Source: the human T2T-CHM13v2.0 reference genome, Homo sapiens. From it: 64,000 bases of DNA. The stretch lies in the NCBI RefSeq assembly GCF_009914755.1, contig NC_060930.1. One strand, given 5' to 3'. Each line of letters starts with the position of its first letter. Within the stretch, counting starts at the first letter, position 1. The position numbers were made by a program, and so were the translations under genes. This document shows positions 1 through 14,099 of the stretch, piece after piece. Below the pieces are notes generated by a model that had not been told where the DNA came from, ran no database searches, and saw only the letters and a list, made by a program, of their open reading frames with translations.

Positions 1-19
1 CTGTCCTCTATTAATTTCA

Positions 20-1075
20 TTATTTATCAAATATATATTGAACACTTGCTGTATGCCAGGCACTGTCCTAATTCATGGGAAATGTCAATAATTAGAAACA
101 TATCCATAATATATTGCACTGCATACATATTATGTGGCACATGGTGAGAAATGCAGCTAAGGAAGATAGAGGGTATTCAGTGCTATTTCACACAGCGAAT
201 TGTGGAAGTCTTCTCTGATAATGTGGTATCGGAGCAGATTTCTGAAGAAAAGTGAGAGTCACAGGGCTTTTTGGTAGAAGAATATTTAAAGCAGAGGAAA
301 CAACAGTATGAATGTCTGAGTCAAGGATGTGTTTGGAGCATTTGGAGAATAGCAAGGATGCCTGAGGCTGGAGCACAGTGAGGAAGACAGTGACTTGTAG
401 GGAGAAAGATCAGAGGAGTAGCTGGGGCCAAGTTGGGTAGGGCCAAATAAATCTTTGTAAGGATGTTGGTTTTTAGTTTAATGAAATGAGAAGCCACTAG
501 GGGATTTTTAGCTGAAGAGTGGCGTGATCTGACTCAACTTGTTGAAAAAAACACTCTGGTTGCTGTGTGGGGAATGTTTGGAAGCTGGCAAGTTAGTTAG
601 GAACCACTGTGTAATCTAGGCAAGGGATGATAGTGGCTTAGAATGGGGTGGTGTTGGAAGAGGTGGTGAGATGGTGTCAGGCTCTGAACGTCTTTCGAAA
701 GCTTGACAGGATTTGCTGATAGTCAATAGGCAGTGTGAGAGAGAGACACAGTCAGGGATAACACTGCGATTTTTAGCCAGAGAGCTGGAAGTTTGAATTT
801 ACAACTTACTAAGACGGGAAGACAGTGGTGAGTAGGTCTATAAGGTAGAGGGAGAAACAAGAGCTCCATTTTGGACATATTGAGTATGAAGTGCCTATCT
901 ACATCCATATCAGGGAGAGTGGGCATTTGGATAGATAAGCCCAGAGTTCAGTTGCAGAGTCTGAGTTGGATATGGGAACATGGGGTCTTTAGCATCTGGA
1001 CACCTTTAAAGCAATAGGAGCAGATGAAATCACCCAGAGAGTAAGGTCAGACAGAGAAGAGGAGATGTCTGAGCA
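20..1075 (-). mobile_element. L2 LINE fragment
   Basis: L2 3'-end motif in reverse (tattgaacacttgctgtatgccaggcactg) followed by typical purine-rich L2 body. Confidence 0.75.
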
Positions 1076-1489
1076 TTTTTCTGTTTCTATTTCTAAAATT
1101 CCATCTAGTTTTTAAGAAAATAACCTTCAGGGAGCCATTATCATGTACTTAGAGACTCCTCCATCTGGTATAAGACTTCTACCACACTGGCACAACCCAA
1201 GTCCCCAACCTTATGTCTCCTTCCTCCTTACTTGTTAAAGTATGCTCCAAACAGATATCACTGACCATTTCCTGAATCTTACCTTACACTTCCCTGCCTT
1301 TACACCATTATATGTCTTATTTTATTCACCAGGACAGGTCACCCAAATTTTGGCCTATGAGATACCACCATTCTCCCAAGGCCCAGTTGAAATCCTATGT
1401 CCATGATGGAGTGACTCCTATTCTAGCATAACCAAATCTGACCTCCTGCTCTTTCTTAGTAACCACTCTATTCATTTGTACCCATGGCA

Positions 1490-1975
1490 GATGCAGTTTA
1501 GATTACTTGGCACTCACCCTAGCCCTCTTCTGAGCTACTTTTTTGTACTGAAGAAGCTGGAAGACTAAAAAACTCCTTCTCACCTATAGGGTTTCCACCT
1601 ATGATCTAGGTTCCTTGAGTGAGCGCTGGGGCTCACATCAGACTTGGAAGGCAGAAGTGGCCACTGTAAAGTAACATCTACACTCAGGGAATTTGGATAT
1701 TATGGCAGAGGAATTTTATTCTCTGGAGGCATTGGGTAGAGTCCCTAGGGTCTTACTTAGGTGTTGCATGGGGGACAGTAGAGGCCACAACAGTGTGGTT
1801 TCACTAAATGGTTTTGCAGTCTTCTTGCGCATTTCTTCTGGCTGTGCAGCACCCAACCTGGTTTCCCTGGTCTGTCTAGAAATTCTGTAAGTGACTTAAT
1901 ATTCTTTCATAACCCCTTTACTACTCAAAGTCAATAGATTAGATTCTGATATTTGCAATTAAACCTCCTGACCGA
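1490..1975 (+). mobile_element. Old ERVL/MaLR-class LTR
   Basis: ggaagactaaaaaact motif and terminal attctg..ttgcaattaaacctcctgaccgata. Confidence 0.5.
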
Positions 1976-2355
1976 TAAAATACCTTTCTTAAATATAGTA
2001 TAGCATCTTGCTTTGCTGTATAACATGTTTTACTGCATTTTTATTATTTTCTCTACTAGGTTGTATAATAACTCTTTTTAAGATAGGCAATAACTGTATC
2101 AAACTCCCCTCCTTGTGTACAGTACAGCACCTAACTGTGTGTGAGGAGTCCCAGCAAAGTCACAGAAATGCTGCAAAGTACTTTAACACAGTGACATCTG
2201 TTGAACACTGAACAAACTACTACTATTGGCTCATTTGGACCTATCTACTTAATAAAGGGTATTGTTTACTCACATTGTAAAAAAATCACTGTGCCCTCAG
2301 TAATCAAGAAAATTTCATACAACACCTCTGTTCTAGATGCGTAATACAAATATAC

Positions 2356-2686
2356 GTGCGTCTCATCTGTACTTAGATGAGACTCGGGAAGTACAGTCCT
2401 TTGGAGTTCAGGAATAAAGGGAAACTTGGCCCATATGGATACCAGTTAAGGCAGGGAGGACTGAAAAATAGGACTTTATTTGGACTTAAACTAGGTAGCA
2501 TCCCAAATGTGATTTTTAAATTTTGATTGAAAATTATGGGAAATGCCCCAATGCCCACAGAGGCCACGCAGAGGATCTGTACATCACTGACTGTGCATCA
2601 CTAACACTCTTATAGTAGCTCTTCTGAAGTCTCCTTGTAAGCTTCCTCTTTATTTCTTATGCCTCTACATTGCAGCATTCTATTGG
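2356..2686 (-). pseudogene. Two relic exons (2588-2686 and ~2356-2460), module D last RGS repeat end
   Basis: 99-nt phase 0/0 exon ...EIKRKLTRRLQKSYYKSVSDAQS, then SSLP*LVSIWAKF; AQ-to-W spacing equals recalled RGS22 EAQMTIFGVLFKFWPQF. Confidence 0.65.
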
Positions 2687-3903
2687 CTAAAATGAAGCAA
2701 ATGAACCCACGAGGAGGTCAAATATAGGCAGACAGCCTAGCTAAGGCTATGATGGAGATGAAAGGCTGTATTCTGATTGTTGGCATGCCAGCTTATATCT
2801 TCTGCCAAATTATATTTATACAGCTGAGAGGAGTATGTTAGTTTCGTGTTCCTTCCACCCAGGAGTCAGAGCCATTTTCTCAAGAGAAGGATCCTAAATG
2901 GAATGCATATGTTTTACAATACCCAAATGAGCTTCCCATCCTCAGATCCTTGAGCCCCTAAATACCACTGCTTCAGCTAAGCTGGTAGGCTCCTTTCTGG
3001 CCAGAACTCTGATTAGAATCCAAATTTTACATGATTGTACTTCAGAATCAGATTTGAACCATGTTGGGGTTTTGTAGTGTGTGAATTCAACTCATCATGG
3101 TTACTGAGGTTTAGGATTCATCTGAAAGAGCTAGAGTTAGTGTGAGGAGACATTTTATCAGACAGTTTTCAACTCTGCCAAGTTTTCCCAAGAGCTCAGA
3201 AACTGTGGTCCAAACCTGGGACCTCTTCCACCAAAAGCAGCAATTAGGCAGCTGAAACTCAACCCACCAAGTCAACTTGGATTTGCCTCATGGAAATGTG
3301 AGTCAGCATTCTCTGGGGAGCAGTAGCCAGGCCTGTGGGCCACTGTATATAGACAGAGAATGTAAGGCATTGACAAGCAAGTTCCATTTTACAGAAAGAA
3401 ATCAAGTTATAAGCAAGTTGCTCTACGAATCAGAGGTCCATAAAGAGAAGAATATGGCTGCTCTTAAAGCAATCGTTACAGAGCTCTCTCTATATATTTT
3501 TAAACACTTAATCTAACTTCCATTTAAAACTGAGAATTGTACTTGGGGCCAGAGCTAAAGAGAAGAGACGGTGGTGAGAAACACTGGAAACAGCTTTTTT
3601 TTATTATAGTTGGAAAGAAATGAGTGTAATCTTATAGTTGCTCTGTCTTGTCTTCAACTTTTACAGAGCTGTGCAGAGCAGATGATGACTGAGAACACTA
3701 TAGAAGGTAAACCAAATGCTGTCTTTTTTCCCTTGAGAACCAAAGCAGGGGTTGCTCTGTGAGAGAGAAAACATTCCACTTATAAGCATGCCTCCCTGTG
3801 GGAGAGGGAGAACATCAGTGACTCTTTATCAGCTAAGGATGTGGTGAGGACAGAATCCCAAAGAAAAGCAGAAACAAAACATGCAAATGTCTGCTTCAGC
3901 AAC

Positions 3904-4003
3904 CTTTTTTGCCAAAGCAGATGTAATATGTGTGTTGGTGATGTTTGCTGCTTTACTAGGGAGGTAGCCTCTCCTTACTTTGAAACACTGAAAGCAGCCT
4001 GAC
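3904..4003 (-). pseudogene. Relic exon, module D last RGS repeat alpha4-alpha5
   Basis: TTTATGATTTTAG acceptor; VRLLSVFQSKE/LPSKAANITNTHITSALAKK vs recalled RGS22 QKKITTIINCFINSSIPP. Confidence 0.6.
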
Positions 4004-4932
4004 CTAAAATCATAAATAAAATATTGGACATGCCCCCAAAGGCCCTGACAGGTGAGTGATGTCAATAACTCAAATGACCTGGCACTTATTTTAATTTGGG
4101 GTCATTCTGGCAGGCCCTCATTTTCTCTGCCAAAGAATTACTTATTTGCTAATAGCGGATTGTTTGAGGGTGGAGAGAATTCCAGATGAGGAATCATCAG
4201 ATACAGGTGGCTCATGTGCACTGTCATTAAGGTAGGATATAGGAAGTTCAGTTCAACTCTTGTCAGTAATGAGACAGGACAGAATGAAAATGTTTTCTAA
4301 GATCATTTCCAATGTGAACAATTTCTGATGTTAAGACTTTATGAATTTACTCCCTCGGTTTTTATCCAACTGACCCAGCCTCTTTCCAACTATCCTCTCA
4401 CTTCTCATCATTGTTCCTTCCTCCAGCACACACAGCCATGCACTATGCTCTGTATATTCTTGTTTAAAGGCCAAGTCAAACTGTGATATATGCCCATAAG
4501 TAATTCATCTCATTGCCAACTGAGCTGAAGAGGTTTTCCACAAGACCCCAAAACAACTGTCCAATATTGTAAACTAAATTAAAGATGTCAAGGGAATGAA
4601 CAAATCACTTAAGTGATTGGAAGAACTAACTGATGGATTGATTTGATTAATCATTTAGCGGCAATGGTCCAACCAGCCTCCCTATGCAGGCATCTTGTCT
4701 AGAGTGGAAGGATTGGGAGAGGCAGCATGTAGCAGGGTGGGCCCAGCTGTGCATCTCGACTGCACTATTTAGAAGCTGCATGGCCTTGTGAAAGTTTTAC
4801 AACATCACCTAGCTGCAGTTTTTTCACATGGAAAATGAAGATGATATTACATAACATACAGGGTTGTTTAAACAAACTAATGTGTATCGGGTACCTGGCA
4901 CAATGCTAACTCATCACCTTTTGTTCTCTTAC

Positions 4933-5054
4933 CTCCCACCAGGCTGAGAATTCCCTCTGCAGCAACCCTGACAAATGAGCATGGAACTTCAGGGAAAATT
5001 TCTCCAGAATAGTGAAGCTCATTACCAGAGACCCACCCAGACAGCAAGATGAAG
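4933..5054 (-). pseudogene. Relic exon, module D last RGS repeat start
   Basis: TTTATTTTTTGTTAAG acceptor; GAG|GTAAGA donor; SFILLS...SGEIF...AAEGILS/WWE (restoring a 2-nt deletion gives ILSFWWE|V). Confidence 0.7.
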
Positions 5055-5527
5055 CTTAACAAAAAATAAAGGAATGGCCTCCACTTGGATTCAAAATGAA
5101 AACTGCAAAAATTTCAAGATAAAAAGACCTCCATAATGATAAAGAAACAACCTACAGCAAAAACCTTCAGCTGAGCCCATCTTATTTCTGCCACAGAATT
5201 TTAGAATTGGGTGTATGTGCACCTCAGCAGTATTCTGAGCACCTGAGCAGTATTCTTCCCTTTGATATCTACAGAATTTTTTGGCCAACATGTTTCCAGA
5301 AACAGAGAACCACTCACGACTTTCCAATAAAGCTATTCCACATTTAGACAAATATATTCAATGTTAATACTAAAAGCTGCTCCCTATTCCAAATTCTCAC
5401 ATCATGCCTTAACTCTTGTCTTTGGGACAACTTAGACTGTTTATTCCTTAACCACAAACAGTCCACCACATACTTGAGGAAGATTCCCATAGCTACAGAA
5501 CTCAACTCTTTCCCAAATAAAATTTAC

Positions 5528-5688
5528 CTTCACTTTTCCCGGCAAGACATTGAAATCAATTACTCTTCCCTGGTAGAATGGAACTTCTATGAGTAAATAT
5601 GGGGCATGCATGTCAAGGAAAAAGTGGATGTTAGCTTAAACAAAGAAGTGAGATCCTGGGAGAAGTTCAACATATTGCAGTATTTACC
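5528..5688 (-). pseudogene. Relic exon (161 nt), module D third RGS repeat end
   Basis: TCTTTCAG acceptor; AAG|GTAAAT donor; SQDLTSLFKLTSTFSLTCMPHIYS*KF; phase 0 to 2, matching the next exon. Confidence 0.55.
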
Positions 5689-6522
5689 CTGAAAGACACT
5701 CAGTCTTAAATAAAAATAAATCAAATATTTTAATCTTCTTTTAACTCATTCATCCCAATATGACAATGAATTTTCATATATCACTTTAAATTCATGACAC
5801 ACACAAGTCAAATATTGAACACTGATTTTGAGTCATTGCAGGGCACAAAAATTGTGAGCTCTTTCAGACCCAAAATAACACTACACAACCAAATGCCCCC
5901 GTAACAATTTTTCTCACAGTTAATTTTAAGTAGTACTCAAAGACCAGTTATAAAGCAGAGAAAACAGCATCTTTTGCTAAGCATTGCCAAGTTAGAATAC
6001 ACAAGAATAGATGCAAAGAATTCCACCAACCTTTGAGGGCTGCAAGGTTGCTGAAAGCCTTTCAGAAAACCCATGGCCTAAATCTACAGCCCAAATGCAT
6101 TGCCATAGCATACAATAAGTGGCTGTGGCATGATCAGTGAGGAGAGAGAGGACTCTGATCAGTGATTCTGAAGACATCCCAGAGCAGGAAACATGGAGCG
6201 TGGGTGGGCACCCACAATCTCCCTGACATAGGAGTCAAGCTGGCTCTATGGATTGAGCCCTGCTTCCCTGCCTGACAACATCTCTGGAAGCAAAGCAGCA
6301 AACTTCCATAGGCTTCATGTTCTCCTCAAATACCCATGGTAGCCACCCCATGGTATGAAGAGTGGCAACACGTCTGGTCTAAGTCGGGAAACTGACACCC
6401 TCAGTGTCACCATCATTTCAACTCAAGGGGTCCATTCACCTCCTTCCCAGCACATTCTGATAGCCTCTGCAGAGACGGCACCCTCAGACTTCAATTCTTG
6501 ATCCCTACCACTTTATAACTAC

Positions 6523-6766
6523 AATTTCTTTTGCATTTGTAAAATGCAGATTTAAAACTAGAGAATACATTTCATTTCAAGGAAACCTAGAAAAAACTAA
6601 AACAGAAACAAAACCAAAACCATTCTTATGTCATTTACATCTTGTAATACTTGCTTCATGATGCGGACACTGTTGTGTTGGATTTTCCTCCTCCTTACTT
6701 CTGCTGACCCACTCAGAAGATCTCACTACAGAGCTTTCTAGAAGAGCAAAAACAAGTATACACCAC
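6523..6766 (-). pseudogene. Relic exons (6639-6766 and a tentative 6523-6557), module D third RGS repeat
   Basis: Phase 1 start; GVYLFLLF*KAL**DLL...RRRKIQHNSVRIMKQ (TAG at the FW tryptophan), then LNLHFTNAKEI. Confidence 0.6.
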
Positions 6767-6939
6767 CTAAAATGACACATTTTAATCAGGAAATATAATC
6801 TTTTCCCTCTCACTTTTCCCCCTACCTATAGACCATAGGAAGCTTCCCATGTCTCAGAGTGAACATAATGTTCAGAATCTCAGCCGAAAGAAAAATCATA
6901 CTTCTATTCCTGAAAATAATACTTTAAAATATCCAACAT

Positions 6940-7790
6940 TAGGTAACCAAATATCTATTGAGCATCTCTTATGTACCAGGCATTGTTCCAAGTGCTGGGG
7001 ATACAGGGAACAGAACAAAGAAAAATGTGTATGTGGGATAATAATTACTAAGGAAGAGGGGGAGTGGGATAGGAAGTGCTAGGGAGAGTAAGATTGACCT
7101 GCATCAGTGAGGAAAGACCTGATAGAGGTGAGGGATTTGTCCAAGCAGGGAAGGACATTTGAAGCAGAGGGAACAGCAAGTGCAAAGGGTTTGAGGCCAC
7201 AAGGTGTCTGGAGGCTCAAGGAACAAGGTGGAGGATGTGGCTGTAGCTGAGGAAGAAGATGGGGAAGAGAGGGAGCCAGATCCTGTGAGGCTTGTGGTTC
7301 AACAGGAGGAATTTTGGCTTCTACACTCAGTGAGATGCAAAGCCATGGCAGGGTTGTAAGCAGAAGCGCAGCATGAACAGACTTCTCTTTCAACAGGATC
7401 ACGCTAACTACTTTGTTGAAAATATACTGCAGCTGGGAAATTATGGAAGCTCTGAGATACAAGGCAGCTGAAATGATCTAGAAGGGATGGCGGCTTGAGG
7501 CAAGAGAGATCAACTTTTGGGAGGTGTAAAGAAGTGGAATCCTGAATAGGTTTTTGGTTTGTTTCTTTGTTTTTTGTTTTTCTAAGTAGCTTTTGAGGAG
7601 GAGTCAACAGATTTCCTGACAGATTAGATGTGGATCCTGAAAAAATGAGAAACTTGAAGGAGAACTCCAAGACTTTTGCCCTGGGCAATCAGAAGAATGG
7701 AGTTGCCATTAACTAAGATAAGGAATGTTGCAGGAATTTTGGAGTGGAAAGATATCAGGAGTTCAATTTTGCACACATTAAGGGTAAAAA
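6940..7790 (-). mobile_element. L2 LINE fragment
   Basis: aaatatctattgagcatctcttatgtaccaggcattgttccaagtgctgggga and L2 body motifs. Confidence 0.75.
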
Positions 7791-7847
7791 TCCATTAAAT
7801 CTGTATTTTTCCTTGCTCTCTGACACACAAGTTAATCTCTCTTTCTT

Positions 7848-7883
<36 letters not shown>
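7848..7883. repeat. (CA)n microsatellite with a CG interruption
   Basis: Direct sequence. Confidence 0.95.
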
Positions 7884-7884
<1 letters not shown>

Positions 7885-7976
7885 GTTTTCTATAATTTTC
7901 TACCACCCAGACTTAAGCTTTGAGAGCCCCTTGATTCCTGGAAAAAAAAAAAATCACTCCCCTGCTGAATGAATCA

Positions 7977-8415
7977 AGCTGTTCCAACCTCTGCCTGTTA
8001 CCTAGTTCCAAAGTCGCTTCCACATTTTTGGGTATCTTTTCAGCAGCACTCCATACCTAATACCAATTTCTTGTATTAGTCCATTTTCATGCTGCTGATA
8101 AAGACATACCCAAGACTGGGAAGAAAAATAGGTTTAATTGGACTTACAGTTCCACATGGCTGGGGAGGCCTCAGCATCATGTGGGAGGCAAAAGGCACTT
8201 CTTACTTGGTGGCAGCAAGAGAAATGAGGAAGATGCAAAAGTAGAAACCGCTGAGAAAACCATCAGATCTCGTGAGACTTATTCACTACCTTGAGAAGAG
8301 TAGCGGGGAAATGATTCAAATTATCTCCCACCAGGTCCCTCCCACCACATGTGGGAATTATGGGAGTGCAATTCAAGATGAGATTTGGGTTGGGACACAG
8401 AGCCAAACTATATCA
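7977..8415 (-). mobile_element. THE1 (THE1D-like) 5' LTR (8072-8415) plus start of internal sequence, inverted
   Basis: tgtattagtccattttcatgctgctgataaagacataccc...aaactatatca; adjacent reverse-complement THE1-internal start. Confidence 0.85.
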
Positions 8416-9143
8416 TGCTCCCCCTCACTTCCTCTTCCCTGGGCCTGACTGCAGAACTTCCACTCTTCATCTACAATTCAGTCCAAGCAGCACTTCCTCT
8501 CTCAACCTAGGCAGAACTGTCCCTCTCACCCTGCTATTCCTATCATAACTTCACATCCTTTTCTGACTGTGCATCATATTCTTAGGTTACATCCTATCTC
8601 CTCTACTGTCTCGAGCTCCTTGAAAGGAAGATCTGGTGGCAATATTGGTTTTTGTATCCCAGTGCCAGCCATATAGTAAGTTCTCCTAAAATGTGTGTTG
8701 AATGAATAGTTGATTAGGTCTGTAAAGAAAGAATTGGATTATAAACAATATTCTCCTACGATAATAGCTGATGATTCCCTACCAATAAGTTTTATTAATA
8801 TGCATTTTGTAGACTGTCTCCATCCCTTCCATTTGTGATGCTGCCATAGGTTTCAGGGAATCACAAATAGTCCAGAGTTGATGGTCAGCAGTTTATCATT
8901 TTCCCTAAGGGGGCTCATCTGGCTTTCAGAGGTTTGACACCCAAATTGTTCGTCCACTAGTAATAGAATAATAAGGAACTAGGAAATGTTCTGTTGAGTG
9001 TTAAATTTCAGCCTACTCTTCACCTGGCCTTGAGACTTAGAAATTGCTATGCCCAACAACAATGGAACCACCACAACTAGACCACATGGAACTGATTCAT
9101 TCAGCAGGGGAGTGATTTTTTTTTCCAGGAATCAAGGGGCTCT

Positions 9144-9531
9144 TGGACATGAGATTTGGAGGGGCCAGGGGCAGAATGATATGGTTTGACTCTGTGTCCC
9201 CACCCAAATCTCATCTTGAATTGTACTCTCATAATTCCCACGTGTTGTAGGAGGAACCCAGTGGGAGATAATTTGAATCATGGGGGTGGTTTCCCCCACA
9301 CTGTTCTCATGGTAGTGAATAAGTCTCATGAGATCTGATGGGTTTATCAGGGATTTCCACTTTTGCATCTTCCTCATTTTCTCTTGTCACTGCCATGTAA
9401 GAAGTGCCTTTCACTTCCCACCATGATTCTGAGGCCTCCCTAGCCATGTAGAACTGTAAGTTCAATTAAACTTCTTTTTCTTTTCAGTCTTAGGTATGTC
9501 TTTATCAGCATCATGAAAATGGACTAATACA
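9144..9531 (+). mobile_element. THE1 (THE1D-like) internal end plus 3' LTR (9177-9531)
   Basis: gagatttggaggggccaggggcagaa|tgatatggtttg...ggactaataca. Confidence 0.85.
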
Positions 9532-9935
9532 GAGCACATTTCTGTCAGAGGGAACAGCTTGAACAGAGAACAAAGCCCTGGGCACTTTTCCAAGCTTGCA
9601 AACTAGTCCATAGGAAGCAATAGGCAAAGGGAAAATGGCAAGGCATGAGGCTGACGAGGTGGCAGAGGCCAGCTCTCCAAGGCTCTGGTTTGTAGCTGGT
9701 TTGGGTTTACCCCATAAGCAAAGAGGAACCATAGGAGGCTTTTAAATACAAAAATCGCATGATTAGATTTGCCTTTTAGAAAAAACACTCCAGTGGAGGG
9801 ACACGGAAATGTACAGGATATAGGAACATGAGTAAGACCTTCAGGACCTTAGGAATGATGCCACAGATCTTAAAGTAAAAACAATGTCAAAAGGTTTTTT
9901 TTTTTTTTCCTATCAAATATACTGTAGGTTAATTA

Positions 9936-10234
<299 letters not shown>

Positions 10235-10537
10235 AGATAATTCTTAGCAAATTGGTCTATGTGGACATTTACACTTGTAGAGTTGCATTTGCCTAATAGT
10301 ACTTTACTGTTGTCTATTTTCACTGACACTGAGCCAAACTTGAATGAAAAACTTTTACATGTTTGTCTATACCCTAAGTAAAATGAATATGAAAGATGAA
10401 GAAATATTTTAGAAGTTTACTCTATCAGAATTTTTTTTATTCTAGAAGCTATTCAATGCAACTCATCTACTTCATTGCCTAAATTCATTTCAAGGAATTT
10501 GTATTTAGAAAAGGTTTTATTATTAATAAAGACAAAA

Positions 10538-10831
<294 letters not shown>

Positions 10832-10949
10832 TTAATAAAGACAAAAATAAAGGGAAATTTAAGTTCTCACTTAAAGCCACATGTATACTTGAGGGAGAGA
10901 AAGGACATTAAGAAGGTCTTCATGTTAGAATAACTGGTTTGGCAAATAC

Positions 10950-11431
10950 CAGGTGAATGTATAGTACAATATTTCAAAGAAATGAAAAGGAAAATGTTCA
11001 CATATCCTAAAGATCATTGAAAAATTTTAAATATGTCAGAAACATTGTCAAAAATAGTAATACACTGGGCATGGTGGCCTTGTTTCTTCTTTGATAAAGT
11101 TCTCATTTGCATTTCTTCACTGCTTGTCTCTGCCTGAAAATGGATTCCAAGCCACATCTCTTACTTGTATCAAGGGAGGAGTCTCTACAGTGTCATCACT
11201 CCTGCTTTTACAAGAATTCCAAGGCCAAGTTTGTGGATTAACTTGGAATGGGAGAGGAAAGAGGAATTCCAAGGCAGGATTACCTGGATTCTGCATGCTA
11301 CTAAAGACCGCCACCCATTTCTGCCCCATACTCAGGCCATGCAAGGGAGAGGGTATAAAATCTACTACTACTACTTGCTGCCTCTACAGTTCTCTGCTTA
11401 TGTCAGACAAAAGACTATAGGAGATACGTGA
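10950..11431 (-). pseudogene. Relic exon(s), module D second RGS repeat and start of third
   Basis: ~105-codon frame with one internal stop (VAVFSSMQ...ALEFL), then 11133-10950 DIFKIFQ*SLGYVNIFLFISLKYCTIHSP ending phase 1 at CTG|GTATTT. Confidence 0.55.
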
Positions 11432-11665
11432 CTGAGGAAGCAGCAGAGAAAAAGTGTTACTTTCCTTATTACACCTACCCAACATTAATTTAAGTCTCTT
11501 AAAGAGAATGTATGGATGATCCAGACACAAAAACTGTGAAAAAAGAGATGCTGAGTAAATTACAAATGTCATTACAATTATAAACAGAAATTAATTGCTT
11601 TTGAAGCATCTTTTCAAAAAGACAAGTTAAAATATTAATACTCAGTAAGTTTTACTAATGCTTAT

Positions 11666-12045
11666 TGTTATGGTTTGGCTCTGTGTCCCTATTCAAATCT
11701 CATGTTGAATTTTAATTCCTAATTTGGGGGAGGGACCTGCTGGGAGGTGATTGGATCACAGGGGGCAGGACTCCCCCTTGTTGTTCTCATGATAGTGAGT
11801 TCTTATGAGATCTGATGGTTTAAAAGTGTGTGGCATTTCCCCCTTCGCGCTTTCTCTCTCCTGTCACCATGTGAATATGTGCTTGCTTCTCCTTTGCTTT
11901 CCATCATGATTGTAAGTTTCCTGAGGCCTCCCAGCCATGCTTCCCGTTCAGCCTGCAGAACAGTGAGTCAATTAAACCTGTTTTCTTCATAAATTACCCA
12001 GTCTCAGGTAGTTATTTATAGCAGTGTGATAATGGGCTGATATAC
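11666..12045 (+). mobile_element. MST (MaLR) solo LTR
   Basis: tgttatggtttggctctgtgtcc...aaattacccagtctcaggtagt. Confidence 0.85.
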
Positions 12046-12684
12046 TTATCATCTGCTCAGTACATATAGGTTAAGTGCTTTGTTTACATTTTCTCACAGA
12101 ATCCTCAGTACTGATTTGGAAGAAGACATGCACAACCTGGGAGATGAAGGACTTCTCCAGGGCCATAAAGTTTTCACGTGGCAATACTGGGATCCACATC
12201 AAGGTCTTTCTGTGCTCAATATAATATATGGCCTCCTGACTGTTATGTTAATATTATAAGCCTCCTTGAAGAAATATTGTTAATACTTTGTAAATGAGTC
12301 ATAGCACTATACATGCTTGAAAGTGATACAACTGTTTTCATTTAAAAATGAATGTAATCTAACATTTTCATCACTTCAGACTATTCTATTTAATTATTTA
12401 GAATTTGTATGACTCTACCATAAAAATCACACATGCTAGCCAAAATACAGAAAGAAAAATAAATGAACTTCATAAAAGCGGTCCAAAAATTAATATCATC
12501 TTATTTTTCCTTAAATTATGTTACATTGGTTCTAATAGCCAAAAGAGTCAATTGCCCAAATACACACAGTGTAGCTAAAAACATTTTAACAGGAAGTCAA
12601 GTAGACAGAGCTCCTACTCCCTAGAAGTTGAAAATCAAAAATTCAATATGGGCACATAACAATGCAGAGATCATAACCACACAC

Positions 12685-12788
12685 CTCACTGTACAAGAGG
12701 AAAGTGCACAGAATAATAAATATACCAGCAAGCACACAAATGACTGCTAAATTTAACATCTTCTCTGAGGTTTTCAGTGTCAGAGGCA
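12685..12788 (-). pseudogene. Relic exon (104 nt), module D second RGS repeat start
   Basis: CTTCTTTTTTAACAG acceptor; GAG|GTGTGT donor; stop-free PLTLKTSEKMLNLAVICVLAGIFIILCTFLLYSE; phase 1 to 0. Confidence 0.6.
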
Positions 12789-12807
12789 CTGTTAAAAAAG
12801 AAGATCA

Positions 12808-13110
<303 letters not shown>

Positions 13111-14099
13111 AAGAGCAACTTTTACACAGAGCAGGGAGGTTCTAGGAAGAAGAAAAAATAAGGAAAGGACCATTCCCGGTACAGAGACTGCTGGATGAAG
13201 CCTGGGAATGGCTTAGGTGAAATTGCACTGTCTGGTCAGGAGAACAAGATGAGGCGAATGCTGAGGAGAGAGGTGCAGGCAAAATGAAGGGAATCAGAAT
13301 GAAGGCAAGAGATTCACTACGGACTCCAGGGATCAGATAAGGACCCCCTTATCAGGGCCTCAGCAGCCTGGCAGAGATAGAGGAGACACGCAGAAAGCTG
13401 CAGCAGATTCCAAAGGGTGAGATTACCTGGTGCTGGTGGGAGGGTGCTGGCTTCCTCCATCACGTGGTCACCAGAGTCTGAGTTGGAAGAACATGGCCAT
13501 TGAGAAGGAAGTGGCCATGGTCTAGTCTGGAAGCAAGTGACTCAGAAAATAAATCCCTTTATCCACAAAGTGCCATTCCTTTGAATGAAAAGGACAAAAA
13601 TCAAATCCACACTAAGACCAGTTTACCATTTAGTCCAGATTTCCAGGCAGCGACTCTAAGCACAGAAGAGGGGCAAAAGCAGAGGGATGGAAGGACAGTG
13701 TGTTTATGGAGGACAAAGGACACTTTCTGAAGAGGGTGAGGTTCAGTGGTAGAAAGTGGCATAAATATATTCACTGCTATATATTAATCTTCTATGTTCC
13801 TTGCAATATTTGATGTTCATTCTGATGAATAAAAGATATTCAAAATTCATTTTCCAAAACATCATTATTAACAAACCCCATTTCTTTATTCTGTGTCTTT
13901 ATGAAAGCTCATGGGTTCAGTCTGCCCCACATTTGCACTTGTTTCCATACTATTTGGTAGTGCTGGCAAACAGTATATACTCAAAGAATAGCAAAGGTTG
14001 TTTTTTAAATGTAGGCTTTCTCTCCAGATAAATTTCAAGCTTCTTAAAAGTAAGTTTCAAGTTTATGCTACACAAAAATACTCCAGCAAAATACTAAAC

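Noticed and set aside
5528-5688. Kinase-like reading (HFFLDMHAPYLLIEVPFYQG) in another frame
   Set aside because: No other kinase motifs nearby; the alternative frame fits the RGS chain and its exon phases.
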